The notes under the pieces: generated by a model
The model's input: only the letters and a program-made list of their open reading frames with translations
The model's database searches: none
Told to the model about the DNA's origin: nothing
Translations under genes and position numbers: made by a program
Source of the DNA: Harriotta raleighana
Lineage: Eukaryota
Reading direction: 5' to 3'
DNA length: 64,000 nucleotides
Assembly (NCBI GenBank): GCA_050575255.1
Contig: JBNZDD010013573.1
Span: forward strand, 1,492,019 to 1,556,018
Shown: positions 13,536 to 25,860 of the stretch, piece after piece
How positions within the stretch are numbered: the stretch's first letter is position 1
Layout: each line of letters opens with the position of its first letter

Positions 13536-13767
13536 TATCCATAGGTAGTCTTACAGGAAAACTATTATTAAATATGAATGAATATTATCCTACTCAGGAC
13601 AATTCAAGAAAATATCAAAAACAAAATAAGAGTGAAATATGTTTTCCCATTGGTGATTGAGATCTAGGTCTCTGAATGCCAAATCTAAATTTATAGCAGG
13701 AATAAAATGGGAACCAAAAGCATCAATCCTTTAAAGATCTGTTTCAAGAAATTCTATTTGTCTAATT

Positions 13768-14002
13768 CAGGGTGGTCCAACCTTTTGGCTGCTCAGGACC
13801 GCATGCCAGATTTATGAATGCCCGTGGGCCACATAAGCAATATTTTATTCTGATTGGTCAATCCAGGCAGAGTTGGAGCCCGTGGTGACCATTTCCTGAT
13901 TAGCTCAGCGCTTGCCTGTCATCTGTATTTGTTTCTCGTATAATTAAGATGGAAATGGTTGGTGGGCCGGATGCGGATGCGGCCACTAGTTGAACCGACC
14001 TG
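13768..14002. mobile_element. hAT MITE
   Basis: TIRs cagggtggtccaac / gttgaaccgacctg; 8-bp TSD gtctaatt / gtctaact. Confidence 0.8.
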
Positions 14003-14049
14003 GTCTAACTCAATTAATATGTAACATTGTAAAACTACGAAATGCGCAG

Positions 14050-14990
14050 TTATACAAAATTCATCAGCACACTTCCACTAAATCAAAGAATTTCAGTTTT
14101 AATTCTATTTTAGTATTTGTATTCTCGAATCCATCAATCTTTGCTTACTTCCTTAGTTATGATTAAGCAACCAATGTCAAACATTCTCTTTTTAAATGTA
14201 ATAATAATGAATATAAATATGCCTTCACTCTAAAGGGCATTTCTTATTTAATGGATTCACAGAACTTTTGGTAGGAAAATTGCCAAAACGGTTGAATTTA
14301 TTTTAAGTAAAACATTTAAGGTAAACGTATTCCAAAAGTTTCAATTTTACCCAAGTTACCAAACACAATTAGTCCACTGAATGTTACTATATTTGCAATA
14401 AAACAGCAATATATTTTCTTGACTGCAAACCCACGTTAAACATAAAATATTTTGCTTCTCAGCATTATCGTTTTCTTGGAAGGATAACATTGAAGATAAT
14501 TCATTTGGATATTTAGGAAATAGCCTTTGTAAATGAAAAATCTGTTTATTTATCAACTAAAGCAGTACAGATGGTGGAAAATTACGGATTACATAATCCA
14601 ATTTCAGTGAATGCCCTATCTTTACTGTTGAATTAAAGTTATCCAGAAAATAGTGGTTTAACCAATTAATGTTGAGTTGGTAACTGCTAAATGTAGAAAT
14701 GGATTTGAATCCATTTACAAATAGAAAATTAAATGCTTCTTTCACCCTTGGAATGCAAAACATATCCAATGATTCGAGCCTCATCATTCAAAGTTGCTCA
14801 GAACAATGAAAACCATTTCTGCGCTTGGGGTAATGTTTCAGTGTCTTTAAACTTAGGGAAAACATTAATTACTCTTGCCATGTAATCATTGGAAATCCTA
14901 GGATTTTCTTTGTTTTTATGCAATTCAATCTTATCAATCTATCTTTTGTGGTCTCAATCTAATTTTTAATTCAATCTGATTCTCAGCATA
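14050..14990 (-). mobile_element. Gypsy RT relic D
   Basis: IDKIEL..SNDYMA, then DMFCIPRVKEAFNFL (cf. DAYPLPRIEEALD.L; ORF 14557..14787), HLQRL, VGLQ. Confidence 0.45.
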
Positions 14991-17689
14991 TCCTCCCATG
15001 GTGGTGAAAGGGTAGATGGCGGGGGTTTCTTTGCAGCTGAGCTTTATTAAGGGTGAATATAAGAAAAATGTAATGTCAAAACCAAGTCAACCATCTGTGA
15101 ACATCCGTTTCCAAAGCCAAACATATCCATAGGTATTCCAGGGCACTGCCGACGACAAATGCTCCAGCCTGGCCTATCGGCAGGAGTTCGAAGGGCAGAC
15201 CAGTTACTGGGAATAGAGATTTCTTCCCACTTAACTCCCGTTAACCTTCCAAGACAAAGCCCTAATGGGGTAAGGTGATCTTAATCGAAAGCAACAGGAA
15301 GCTTCCAGACAGTGCACTCAATTGGTATACCACAAGATAAAAGCTGGTTAAACTATGTATTTTTGGTAGAGATTTTGTTTTTTGATTCTGAAAATTTTAG
15401 CACAATTTAGAGGGAAATTGAGAAGATGTTTCTATGCGGGAGCATTGAAATTGAATTGCTTGGCACAATGAAAACCATCTCTATACCATCAGCGAATTAA
15501 TTGTTAGCAAGCAATTTAGATAATGTTTCAATGTCTATTTTGGCCTTTAAACTTAGGTGAAACATTAATTACTCTTGCCATATAATCATTAGAAATAGTC
15601 TTTGTGAGATTATACTCCCATATATAAAAAATGTCCAGTTGAAATATAATGAATAGATGATATTACCTGGAAGAGAATCAATCTGTACACATAGAATTGG
15701 CAAAGAAAGATACATTCTGGAAAACAGGAGAAGACTGTTTCACTAAAAGGACTTTTGTTTGCTGTATTTAGAAAAAGTGAATATACTCCAGTCATTTTTG
15801 TTATTTGTGATATGAATGATTAAATACAAGATAAACATAGAAAACACTGCTGGTTCCATCATTGTCTTTATGCATTACTAATCCAGGTTATAAAAGCATG
15901 TGAATTTGCTTCTAAATTCCCTTATGTGCATCTTGCTTTTGACCTGCATTCCTTTTGTTTTTTGTTGCTCTGCTGCATGCATTGATTACCAAAAGCTACG
16001 ATTAATACAAGCATTAAACTATTACGTTCCATGTTTAGGAATGAATTTCCACAATCCATTGTTAAACAAGTAACATACATGTTGCTATGATTTATACAGT
16101 GTGCATTCCTCCAACTAGCATGGGTAAGAAATGTAAGATAACCAAACATTCTGGGCTTATTCACATAAGCTCCATTCAAAGCTCTTGAAATAATTAGCAT
16201 AGGCCAGCTCTTGGACAAACTTGGATGAGGTGGTCCCTTCAACCTATTTGGTCTCATTTCTTAGGCTAAAGGAAAAATAGGTTTCAATCCCAATCTGTGA
16301 GTTGATAGCAGATCTTAAGGGTGGTTTGGAGGTAGCAGTTAGTGTTGTTACCTTACTTGTGTTTCACACTATCTGCTGTAAATTGTACAGTAGTCCAGTT
16401 TTTACGAATTTATGTTTTATTAAAACTTCATCCAATGCCACTATTTTCAGTTCTACCATTGGTAAAGAACGGAATGCTGAGGTTTAGTGCCTGTTCATCT
16501 ATAGGATTCTCACTGGGAATGGAGGATGAAGGTAAGTAAATCTCTACATTTGAGATGTGTCTGGAACAATGTTAACGGGTTGCACTGTTGAAGTACTCTG
16601 GTTTAACTGCGACTTAAAGTTGTGCTGGAGTGATACAGTATTGTGGCATTGATCTCGTAGTTGACTTGAAGAGAAAGACAATCAAGAAAATGAATACCAG
16701 CAAGAAAGGCCAATAATCGGAGGCTGGAATTAAATTCAGAAAATGGATCTCTGCAACATGTGGGGCTGATCATTGTTTTGTTCCACAGACATGAAAGTGA
16801 GCAGCTTTCAAATTGTAAAGGCTAATTCCCCACTAATTGCTCATCAACAAAAATGAAAGACAGTTGAATATCAATAGCAAGCTGCCTCAGGATGCCATAG
16901 TAATGACAATCTCCTATGCTGTGACATGTTGATGGTGTCAGTGAGAAGACATCCTAAGCTATTTTTGGTAGCTTCTTGAATAGAAGGGGAAGAGGCCCTA
17001 ATCTCTTCAATACAAAACCAAGAGTCTTTAATGGAACTGATACTACCGCTTTGATTATCCTTAAAATCTAATTTGCAAATAAATTGCATGATCAACGCTT
17101 CATTCAAAAGTTACTGTGCTAGGACTCTTTCAGCAGAATATGCAACAATTGGTTGACGAATACAGATGATGGATGGGGAAAGGGAGAAAATTCATCAAAG
17201 TAAAATCAATGCTACTTAGACCAGGGCAAAAATGGCACAAATATTTTACAAATGGAGACACATTGTTCCACACTTCACTTGATCTAGACTTTGTTTTTGA
17301 TAATTTTGGCAGTAAGAGGCTGATTCCCCACATTTGATTTATACGTTTTACAACTTTCTTACTCATCTTACAGGTTTCAGCAATTTAATAAGGCTAGAAA
17401 TATGCTTATGCAGTATCTGCAGGAATGATTAGATAGTGCAAACTATTGAAGAGAATGTCAGAGAGCAATAGTGCAGGAGTAGGAGTGTTTGTTCAAAGAC
17501 CATCTCCAAGAACATGCAATTCATGTCTCTAGATAATGAAACACTTCCATTCAGCTAAATTTTTAGTGAACAGGAAAGTGTACCTGGTTGAAAAATGGAT
17601 ACGGTCATTATTATAGTGCTTGTTCTGACAACAGTATTATGTCTGAAATTAAATCCTCTATGGTTTGGTTCTTAATTAAACCTTAAAGT

Positions 17690-19075
17690 AATAATTATAA
17701 TCCTTGCACTTGATATAGCACCCTATCATATCATTGAGATAAAAATAATACTAATCCTTGCATTTGATATAGCGCTTTTCATATTTTATCGACATCTCAA
17801 AGCGCTTCACAGAATATACTGTAAAGTGAATTGACTGTATATTTGTGAGCGAAACATGGCACCCAATTGTGCACAGCAGTGTCCCAAAAACAGTCCTGGA
17901 TTGAAATGAACAATTTTTTTATGTTCGTGGTTTTTTTCGATAGATTATTATTAGGCATGTGGAATAAGTAACTTCCCCAAGGTTTCGCCCTGACCTGGCT
18001 GGATTCAAACAGGTCTCACGCTTGTAAGGCAAGTGCTCTATCAAAAGAGGTCTTAAAGCACTTCATAGAATATATATCATAAATTGTCTATTTATTTTGC
18101 CGGCAAAAACTTTATTGGATTAAGAATGCAGAAATGAGCACAGTAAAAGCCCATTTATCCATGACCCGATCAACCGGAACGTCCGTATAACCGGCACATC
18201 AAAAAAAAAGTCCCCGTCCGATTAACCGGCACAATAGCAGGGGCGCATTTAATGAATTGATTGTTGCACGAGATTACTGGACAGGTATTTTGGCTTGCCA
18301 CTAGTTACGCTGCCGTTTTTTTTCCTCTTGTGGTGGCCGCCATTGCAGAAATTAAGTAATAATAATAATACTACTTGCATTTGATATAGCGCTTTTCACA
18401 TCTTTTCGACGTCCCAAAGCACTTCACAGAATATACTGTCAAGTGAATTGACTGTATATTTGTCGGCGGAATGTGGCAGCCAATTGCGCACAGGAATGTT
18501 CCACAAACAGTCATAGATTAAAATGACCAATTTTCTTATTGTTTTTTTTGGAGGGATTATTATAAATAATAAAGTACAAATACAATATTCTGTTATTACA
18601 GTATCTGTTTTTTTTACTGTATTTAGTCTATTATTTACATGGTACAGTGTACAACATTTACAATAAATTACCCATACAATATTCTGTTATTATCTGTTAT
18701 TATTTAGTCTATTATTAATATGATAATGTGTTAAAATAAGTTAATTTATTTTTTGTTGGGTTTTCTATGTCGGATCCAGCGTTTAACCGGCAAGCTGTTT
18801 AATCGGCATTGGCCAGATCCTGCGGGTGCCGGATAAACGGGCTTTCATTGTATTTAGCTGCTGAGTGTCGCCAAAACAATCATGGATTGAGTGACCAATG
18901 TAATTTTTTTTTTTTGGAGGGTTTATTACCCGATCCTCCAATCGACTAACAACCCAGTTCTTGCTTACTGCTAGGTAAACAAAAGTGTGTGGAGTAAGTA
19001 AACTTGCTTAAGATTTCGCCCAGGTTCTTTTGTGTGTGAGGAGAGTACGCTAAGTACCACACTATGGGACTCCAC
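17690..19075 (-). mobile_element. Nested tRNA-SINE copies
   Basis: Three ataat..cttgcatttgatatagc tails (17690, 17745, 18355); heads ggattcaaac/aggttc near 18000 and 19020. Confidence 0.8.
18141..18850. mobile_element. TcMar-type MITE, family 1
   Basis: TIRs cagtaaaagcccatttatcc / ggataaacgggctttcattg, 3' TA. Confidence 0.8.
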
Positions 19076-19489
19076 AAAAATGAACTTCATAAACTTGCAA
19101 CAAGTCATTGGGAGATTCATTCTACAGACTTCTGTGTGATTTTTATCCACCCCACCCCCCAACCAACCACCCCCAAATTACAAAGATAACTATTTTTTCA
19201 CATGTGCCTCATGAAAATAGATTTTAAAATGATTTACTTCTGTCAGTTATTTGTTGACACATTCAGGAAGGAAAGGGTGAAACCACATAAAAACACATAA
19301 ACATCTATTTTGCTGACAAGAGATTAAGACAAGGAGATTTAACAAGGAAGGAATGCATTGCAATAATTTGCAGTGATAAGATTTCTCCATTTAGGATGAC
19401 ATTTATGTGGTTGTGTGGTCTTTCTCCCTAAAATATTTGCTTTTTGATTCGTTTCCAACCTTACTTGGCAAAATACTTTGACATTGGTA

Positions 19490-20091
19490 CAGTAAAAGCC
19501 TGTTTATCCAGCACCCATGGGAACGAGCCAGTGGCAGTTAAATGGTTTTCTGGTTGAACAGTTTTTTTTAAAAATTCAAAAAAATAAAAATTGTATCATA
19601 TTAATAATAGACTAAATAATAACTGATAATAACAATATTGTATGGGTATTTTATTTTATTGTAAATGTTGTACACTGTACCAGATAAATAATAGAGTAAA
19701 TAACAGCTATTGTTATAACAGAATATTGTATGGCTACTGTATTGTAAATGTTGAACAATTCTATATAAATAATAGACTAAATACACTAATAACAGATACT
19801 ATAATAACAGAATATTGTATTAGTACATTATTATTTTTACTTAACTTCACAATGACGGCCCCCATGGAGGAAACAAAAACGACTTTTAAAAAGAGCAGGA
19901 GCGAGTTTAGACTCAACTAACGGCCAGCTGAGTACCTGCACCAGTACTCACTTGCGACAATCGATTCATTAAATGCATCATCACTGTGCTGCCGGATAAC
20001 TTCCGGTTTATCTAATCAGAACTTTTTTTTTTGAGGTTCCAGTTCAACGGGTTTTCGGTTCATTGAGTCATGGATAAACAGGCTTTTACTG
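19490..20091. mobile_element. TcMar-type MITE, family 1 (inverted relative to the 18141 copy)
   Basis: TA-cagtaaaagcctgtttatcca ... tggataaacaggcttttactg-TA. Confidence 0.9.
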
Positions 20092-20641
20092 TATTTAGCA
20101 TTTCTAACACATCCACTTCACTGATGTTTTATTAATACAACTTGCCCAGTTTACCCGTTGACTAAAATATTTATTATTACAGAAACTCACTGTGGATGTA
20201 CCACAGGGTGACTTTTGGCATGAAATCAGATCTTGGCAGCACATTGAGCATCTGCAAGTGGCTCAGCCATTGGAGCTCAATTACACAGACAGTCCACTGT
20301 CACTCACTGAGCTTCTCAGCTAAGAAAGGGACATTTTCAACTGACCACCATTATATGTTCTCGAAAAGTACACTGCACAGTGAATCAAAGGAATACTTAT
20401 TTGACTTACTATATATAGCGTTGCTTAGCAATTCAAAGGTCCTCGCTCACATTTGGCATGTAATCAGCCGGGTTATTAGCAATGTTTGTTCTTTTCTATT
20501 TCCACATCTCCCACTTCAACCTCCTAAAAATGTTGATTGGGCCAAATAATGTGACTGAAAGGTTTTCCAACCACAAAAGCAGATGAGCAGACAGGTGTGC
20601 TCCCCACCACAGCTTGACATCAACACTATTGGTTGCACTAG

Positions 20642-20655
20642 CCAGCAGGGGGTAC
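20642..20655 (+). promoter_or_regulatory. CTCF-like motif
   Basis: CCAGCAGGGGGTAC. Confidence 0.4.
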
Positions 20656-20684
20656 AATTTACTCTACTGAAGTGGAAAGTATTA

Positions 20685-21422
20685 CAGTTAATCCTCGTCG
20701 ATCGCGGGGGTTACATTCCTGGAAAACTGCGCACTCGATAAAATTGCATTGAGTAAGCTTAACAAGTAATGGGAAAAGAGGGGTTAGGGGAATCCAGTCA
20801 CAGGCTACATACCTTAAGTTGCAGAGAGCAGAGAGTGTTTTGGGGGTGGAGGGATCGAGGTGTGAGGGAGCAGAGAGCCGCTCGGGGGCGGGGGGGGAGC
20901 AGAGAGCCGCTTGGAGGCGTTGGGGGGGGAACAGAGATCCGCGCAGGGAGGGAGCAGAGAGCCGGGGACGGGGGGGAGCAGAGAGCTGCTCAGGGGCTAT
21001 AAAGCAATAACAAAGCAGTAAAGCAATAAAACTACAGCTGGACTACATTACTGTTATGAGATTTGCTCTCTCTCTGTCTCTTCTGTTTACCATACAATGC
21101 CATTTGGATGCTCCAAGGCCAAAGAGTTATTGCACTTACCCAAGGATGCATTGTGCGCAGGGCCAGCCAGCCGAGGAATCATAGTCTTTAGTTGGGATCT
21201 GCCGGCCTCGTCAAAAGTGTGCATGCGTGCATGACCAACCAGGCAAGGAATCATCGCATTTAGTCGGGAGAGGTCGGCGTCCTCACACGTACGCATGTGC
21301 ACAGGGGCCAGCTAGCGCATATACACAAGTTTTGCGCGTGATGCACAAAAAAGTGATGCTTTTGTTTCGTCACATATATTGAATTTAAAATTGATGAAGT
21401 TGCGTTCGACGAGGGTTAACTG
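20685..21422. mobile_element. Tigger/pogo-like MITE with GC-rich internal repeats
   Basis: TA-cagttaatcctcgtcgatcgc ... gcgttcgacgagggttaactg-TA. Confidence 0.85.
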
Positions 21423-21429
21423 TACATGC

Positions 21430-23200
21430 TTCAGCTCTGTGGTGGAATTTTCCAAAAGGCAGACCAGATGGGAAAGTATGACACACATGCCTCACATGGC
21501 GGGTGGAAAAGATTAATTCCGTCAAGATACCAGTGTTACTTTAATAATACTACTACTAATAATAAAACATACAAACAAACACAAAGTATAAAACAAATAT
21601 TGGTTCTAAAAATCATTGCGGCAACTGGGACTAATAATAAGACTTTTCAGTAATGTCTTATATAACTGGTAAAATAAAATATCAAGGCTTTTTTTTACAA
21701 AAATAATAATAAATTAGTCACTTCAATTCATGACTGTTTGTGGGACACTGGGCTGCATACAATTGGCTGCCATATTGTGTCCATGAACTGTATATTCAGT
21801 CAATTCGCTCTATAGTATATTCTATGACATGCTTTGGGACATCTCGAAGATATAGTAAGGTGCTATATCAAATGCAAGGATTATTATAATTTATTATTGA
21901 CATCCTACAAAGAGGAGCTATTTTAGGAAGTTCCAATACACTAAGAAAAGCAGCATAAGTTCATTTGTAGCATAGAAGTGTTATTCGTCTGGCTGACCCA
22001 TCACTAAACAACACTTAGAAATTACCCCCTATAGAGTGAGTTAAACTGTAATAACATTCTAATAATATTCCTTGTCTTTCACAGGATACGCAGTAAATAA
22101 CAAGAAGAACTTGTATTTATATTGCACTCTCCACACTGAGTGGGATCTCAGAATGCTTTACCAAGTGTGCAAAGTGATTTGACTGTGTATTCTGAAGGTG
22201 AAATATAGTTAGCACATGTTGGTGTAAAACAATAAGAAGAACAGTAGCTGCCCATCAAGGCTTTGCGATTCATCATCTTGGTTGAAGGATCTATAATCTT
22301 TTGCTGCTGGCCTAATTTAATCTACAAAAATAACATGACAAGAGTGCAGTGAAGCTATCCATTCAATGCATTTTTAATAGTTGTCATTTTTGTTAAGCTC
22401 TAACAGTTCTGAACATAAATGATTCATACAGTGGCAGCATTTCTTTAATTTCAGCTGTAAATACATGATAATAAATTATTCATTGGAGATTTCACATACA
22501 AGATGTAAATGATCCGTTGTTTGGTGTCATCAACTGACAGATTGCTATCCTCTCTGAATAAATAGCAACTACAATTGTCCAAAGAAAAACATAAAGGCTA
22601 ATTCCTGTAAGAATCACAATATTCAAATTGATAGTGCAACACCAAGATGCATTTACATAGTTCCCTTCATGTAGGGTAATGTCTTGGAGTGTTGGGAGTG
22701 CAGAAGAATAGTGGGGCATCATTCTGGTGAAGGGACAAATTGCAAAGGCAAGAACTGCTGAAGGTTTGTTGCTGAACCAAAGAGTCTTTGTCCTGTCAGA
22801 CAATGCTCTCACGGACAAGCAATGAGTTTTTAGCTCCCAAAGCACACCAATCTTCAGGAAACACATCCAACAACAATAACAAATTGCATTACAGAATTTT
22901 GACAGCCGACTGTCTGAAACCCACCAAAATGCTTAAGAGTTTCCAAACCAAGATGAGAATTGAATGTATCCCATCTGAACATGGAAAGTTTTAGAAAGAG
23001 ATTGTGGAAATGGAATGTGCACTTTCTCTCTGATTCCCTAACTCCAGAAAGCATGAGGTGAATGGAGGCAAGAAGCAAGGCTTAAGGACCCAGGAATGTG
23101 CATTGAGGTACTGCTGGAGTCTAATCAGCTAAAACTGCATAGCTTGCCATTGATCACGCTCTCTGGCAAACTTTCTGAGGACATAAGACGGACTTCAACA
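21430..23200 (-). mobile_element. Gypsy pol relic F (RT-RNaseH-INT N-terminus)
   Basis: FS*LDSSS ~23130, CFLK ~22860, RMMPHYSS..LQDIT ~22720, SFM.RTV ~22420, NRKALMG ~22265, CEAC ~21490. Confidence 0.5.
21700..21900 (+). mobile_element. SINE 3' half
   Basis: gactgtttgtgggacactg..caattggctgcc..gtgctatatcaaatgcaaggattattat. Confidence 0.8.
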
Positions 23201-23319
23201 TACATTATCAAAATATGTCCATAATGGAGAAATGCTTCTAAACCATTAGCCCAATGAATAAAACAGATATAGGATTTTGGTTACTTCTTCCTTTCATTAT
23301 TGTTCTTCGTCGTTCATGT

Positions 23320-23670
23320 TTTGAACCCCATCCCCCAGAGGATCGACTTCAAGATCCTCGTCCTCACTTTTAAGGTTATTCATGGCCTTGCCACCGCCTA
23401 TCTCTGACCTGCTGTCTCCCTATCAGCCTGCCCGCACCCTCTGTTCAGCAGACTCAGGCCTGCTCCACGTCCACCTCCCTAATTGCCCAACCATCAGTGG
23501 CCGGGCTTTCAGCCTTTCTGCCCCCACACTTTGAAACTCCAATCCACAGTCCCTCCGCCTCGCTTCCTCCCTTTCCTCCTTCAAGGCCAGTCTCAAGACC
23601 TTCAGTGCTTTAGGACGTCCTCCTGACGTGAAAGGCTCTATACATGTGTAATTTTGTTGTTGCTGTTTTG
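23320..23670 (+). mobile_element. L2 3' fragment
   Basis: RIDFKILVLTFKVIHGLA; tail ggctctatacatgtgtaa(ttg)n. Confidence 0.8.
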
Positions 23671-23752
23671 CCCACAAACTGTACAGTCAATTCACTTTAC
23701 AGTATATCCCGTGAAGTGCTTTGAGATGTCTCAAAGACATGATAAGTCACTA

Positions 23753-24159
23753 CAGTAAAACCCCATTTATCCGGTACCCACAGAACCTGGCCAGTGGCGG
23801 TTAAACAGTTTTCCAGTTGAACGGTTCAAAAAAAAATTAAAATTATGTTAACACATACCATATTAGGTAATAATATACTAAATAATAATAGAATATTGTA
23901 TTAGTACTTTATTACGGCAGCCCTCACCCGATGCAGGTAAAAAAAACGCGACTTTTAAAAGGAGCAGGAGCGAGTTTAGACCCGATTAGCGGCCAGCCGT
24001 GAGTACCTGCACCAGTAGTCATGTGCGACAGTCGATTCATTAAATGCGTCATCATTATTTGCCGGATAACTTCTGGTTCATCGAATCGGGACTTTTTTTT
24101 GAGATGGCGGTTGAACGGGTTTTCTGGTTCATTGAATCACCGATAAACGAGGTTTACTG
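23753..24159. mobile_element. TcMar-type MITE, family 1, inserted in a SINE tail
   Basis: TA-cagtaaaaccccatttatccgg ... ccgataaacgaggtttactg-TA; flanks rejoin to gataagtcacTAcatcaaatgcaag. Confidence 0.85.
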
Positions 24160-24199
24160 TACATCAAATGCAAGTATTATTATGTTCTCCACATTCCTC

Positions 24200-25060
24200 T
24201 CACATAGTGATCATTATAAGAATATTCAAGGAATCATATTACCTCTTCCTAAGTCCCCAATTCCATTGCATGAATGACCAATGCAGTGGTTGGATTCATC
24301 TGCCTGGTCAATAATTAATTCCTTTTGCAGTTAAGATATGTGCATACTTCACAACAAGGTAAATGAGTAGTAAAGAATATTAAGTAACTCACATTAACAA
24401 AGTCAAGAGTAAGCACAAGGAATAAATATAAAGTTGGGATGGGTGGGGAGGCATTGGGGATAGATATGAATTGAGATTTAAATTTGAATTCATCTCTCTA
24501 TATCAAATGATAGGTCATATAAAGGCAAGCCTAAATAGATGAGGCTAGACTACAGCAGAAAATAGAACCAACAAGGTACTTTTGGACATATTGCTTGAAC
24601 AGGGATTGCTCATGAAAACAAGAAAAAGGTGAGGAGAATGTGCTTGGGTTATACTAATAGATGTGTTTAGAGATGAAAGGGCTAATCTTGTACTAAAACT
24701 CATCAACCTGATAAAGAATAATAGAATTAGCTTTCAGGCTTATAAAGACGCCCCATGCCAAGATTGAGGTAATTTGTTTATTCTAATAATGTGTGGACTT
24801 GTTAGATATGAAGGAACATCTGAAATATGAGTAGTGTAGGTTTTGTGTTATCATATTGCTCTTTAAGTGAACATTTGAATGGGTCACCCAGGTTACGAAC
24901 TTGTTAAAATTACCGCAACTCAAGTACACTAATTACAGCTGAGACCAAATAGATCACAAGGGTAAACATAATAATTCAACCACAAGAGCACTGAAATGGA
25001 AAGGTGTAAATTAGAATGAATATATTTTACTGGGAATACCATTACTCAATTCTTGTCACA
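24200..25060 (+). mobile_element. Gypsy RT relic G
   Basis: IPFAVK ~24318, LDILLEQGLL ~24582, WVILI ~24645, PMPR ~24751, LDMK ~24802, LGIP..ILVT ~25030-25060. Confidence 0.5.
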
Positions 25061-25064
25061 GAGA

Positions 25065-25563
25065 ACTTTGCCATCCACATTCTCACCCAAACCAAACTTC
25101 ACTCCCCAATTACCCCAGTCCTCTCTGGACTTCACTGGCTCCCAGTCACAGACAAATTGACTTCAAGATGCTCACTCTTGTGTTTAAATTCCTCCACTCC
25201 TCTGCACCCACCTATCTCTCTGATCTCCTCTCCCCCCAAACCAGCATCCGCTGCGTTCGCTCCTCTGGGTCTGGCCTCCTCCATGTCCCCCGAATCCTCC
25301 GCCCCATCCTCGGCGGCCGTGCCTTCAGCCACTACGCCCCGAAGCTCTGGAACGCCCTTCCTCATTCCCTTCACCTCGCCCCCTCTCTTCCCAGTTTCAG
25401 GTCACAGCTGAAGACCTTTCTCTTCGACCGCGCTTTTGGTCACCTTTCTGCCCCTGCCCCGCCCCTGGCTTGGTTGCAGGATCCGCTATTGTGAAGCGCT
25501 CTGAGACACCATCTGGCGTGGAGGGCGCTATATAAATTGAAGTTGTTGTTGTTGTTGTTGTTG
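25065..25563 (+). mobile_element. Young L2 3' end with intact C-terminal frame and (GTT)n tail
   Basis: ORF 25168..25494 APTYLSDLL..GGRAFSHYAPKLWNALP..FRSQLKTFLF; CpGs retained. Confidence 0.92.
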
Positions 25564-25564
25564 T

Positions 25565-25860
25565 TCTCACAGCAGTACCTGCTGCCTCCGCTCTACTGGG
25601 TCTGGCCTCCTCCTTGTCCCTCGAATCCACAATTGGCAGCCATGATTTCAGTCTCTATGCCCCAAAACTCTGGAACTCCCTCCATCAAGCCCTCCACCTC
25701 ACCCCCTCCTTTTCCATTTTCAGGTCGCGCCTGAAGACCTTTCTGTTCGACCACGTCTACCCCCTCTATCTGGCTCAGCCCTGGGTTCCGCTATTGTAAA
25801 GCGCTCTCAGATGTTGTCTGGTGTAGAGAGCACTATATAACCTATATAAAGTTATTGTTA
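25565..25860 (+). mobile_element. Second L2 3' end in tandem
   Basis: FSLYAPKLWNSL..FRSRLKTFLF (ORF 25614..25799). Confidence 0.85.

Larger units (their letters stand above)
10230..13760 (+). mobile_element. Gypsy pol relic C (RT-RNaseH-INT)
   Basis: KIDAFESIFPVV ~10260, VDLSQANNTIIVDKLP ~10336, SALDVISAY ~10434, SAPGIFQKVM ~10548, IYMD ~10623, TDISHYG ~11501, AC(V)WALE ~11848, LSRLTL ~12048, GPNFPS..KEWLECKG ~12958, FPIGD ~13642. Confidence 0.8.
15900..20530 (+). mobile_element. Gypsy pol relic E (RT-RNaseH-INT), interrupted
   Basis: CIDYQKL ~15978, AFLQL ~16103, LGLFT ~16151, LKLHP ~16420, GVIQYCG ~16627, RTLSAEYATI ~17121, YNF..H.TG..N ~17349, WE..STDFC ~19109, VDTF ~19253, FNKEG..IICSDK ~19340-19380. 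Confidence 0.7.

Noticed and set aside
15132-15216. Codon-like plus tract VFQGTADDKCSSLAYRQEFEGQTSYWE*
   Set aside because: Short, weak acceptor, no recognisable homology; kept only as part of the unexplained tract finding
16451-16531. 81-nt candidate exon (ttttcag ... GAAG/gtaagt)
   Set aside because: Lies within Gypsy relic E; the peptide is unrecognisable and there are no partner exons
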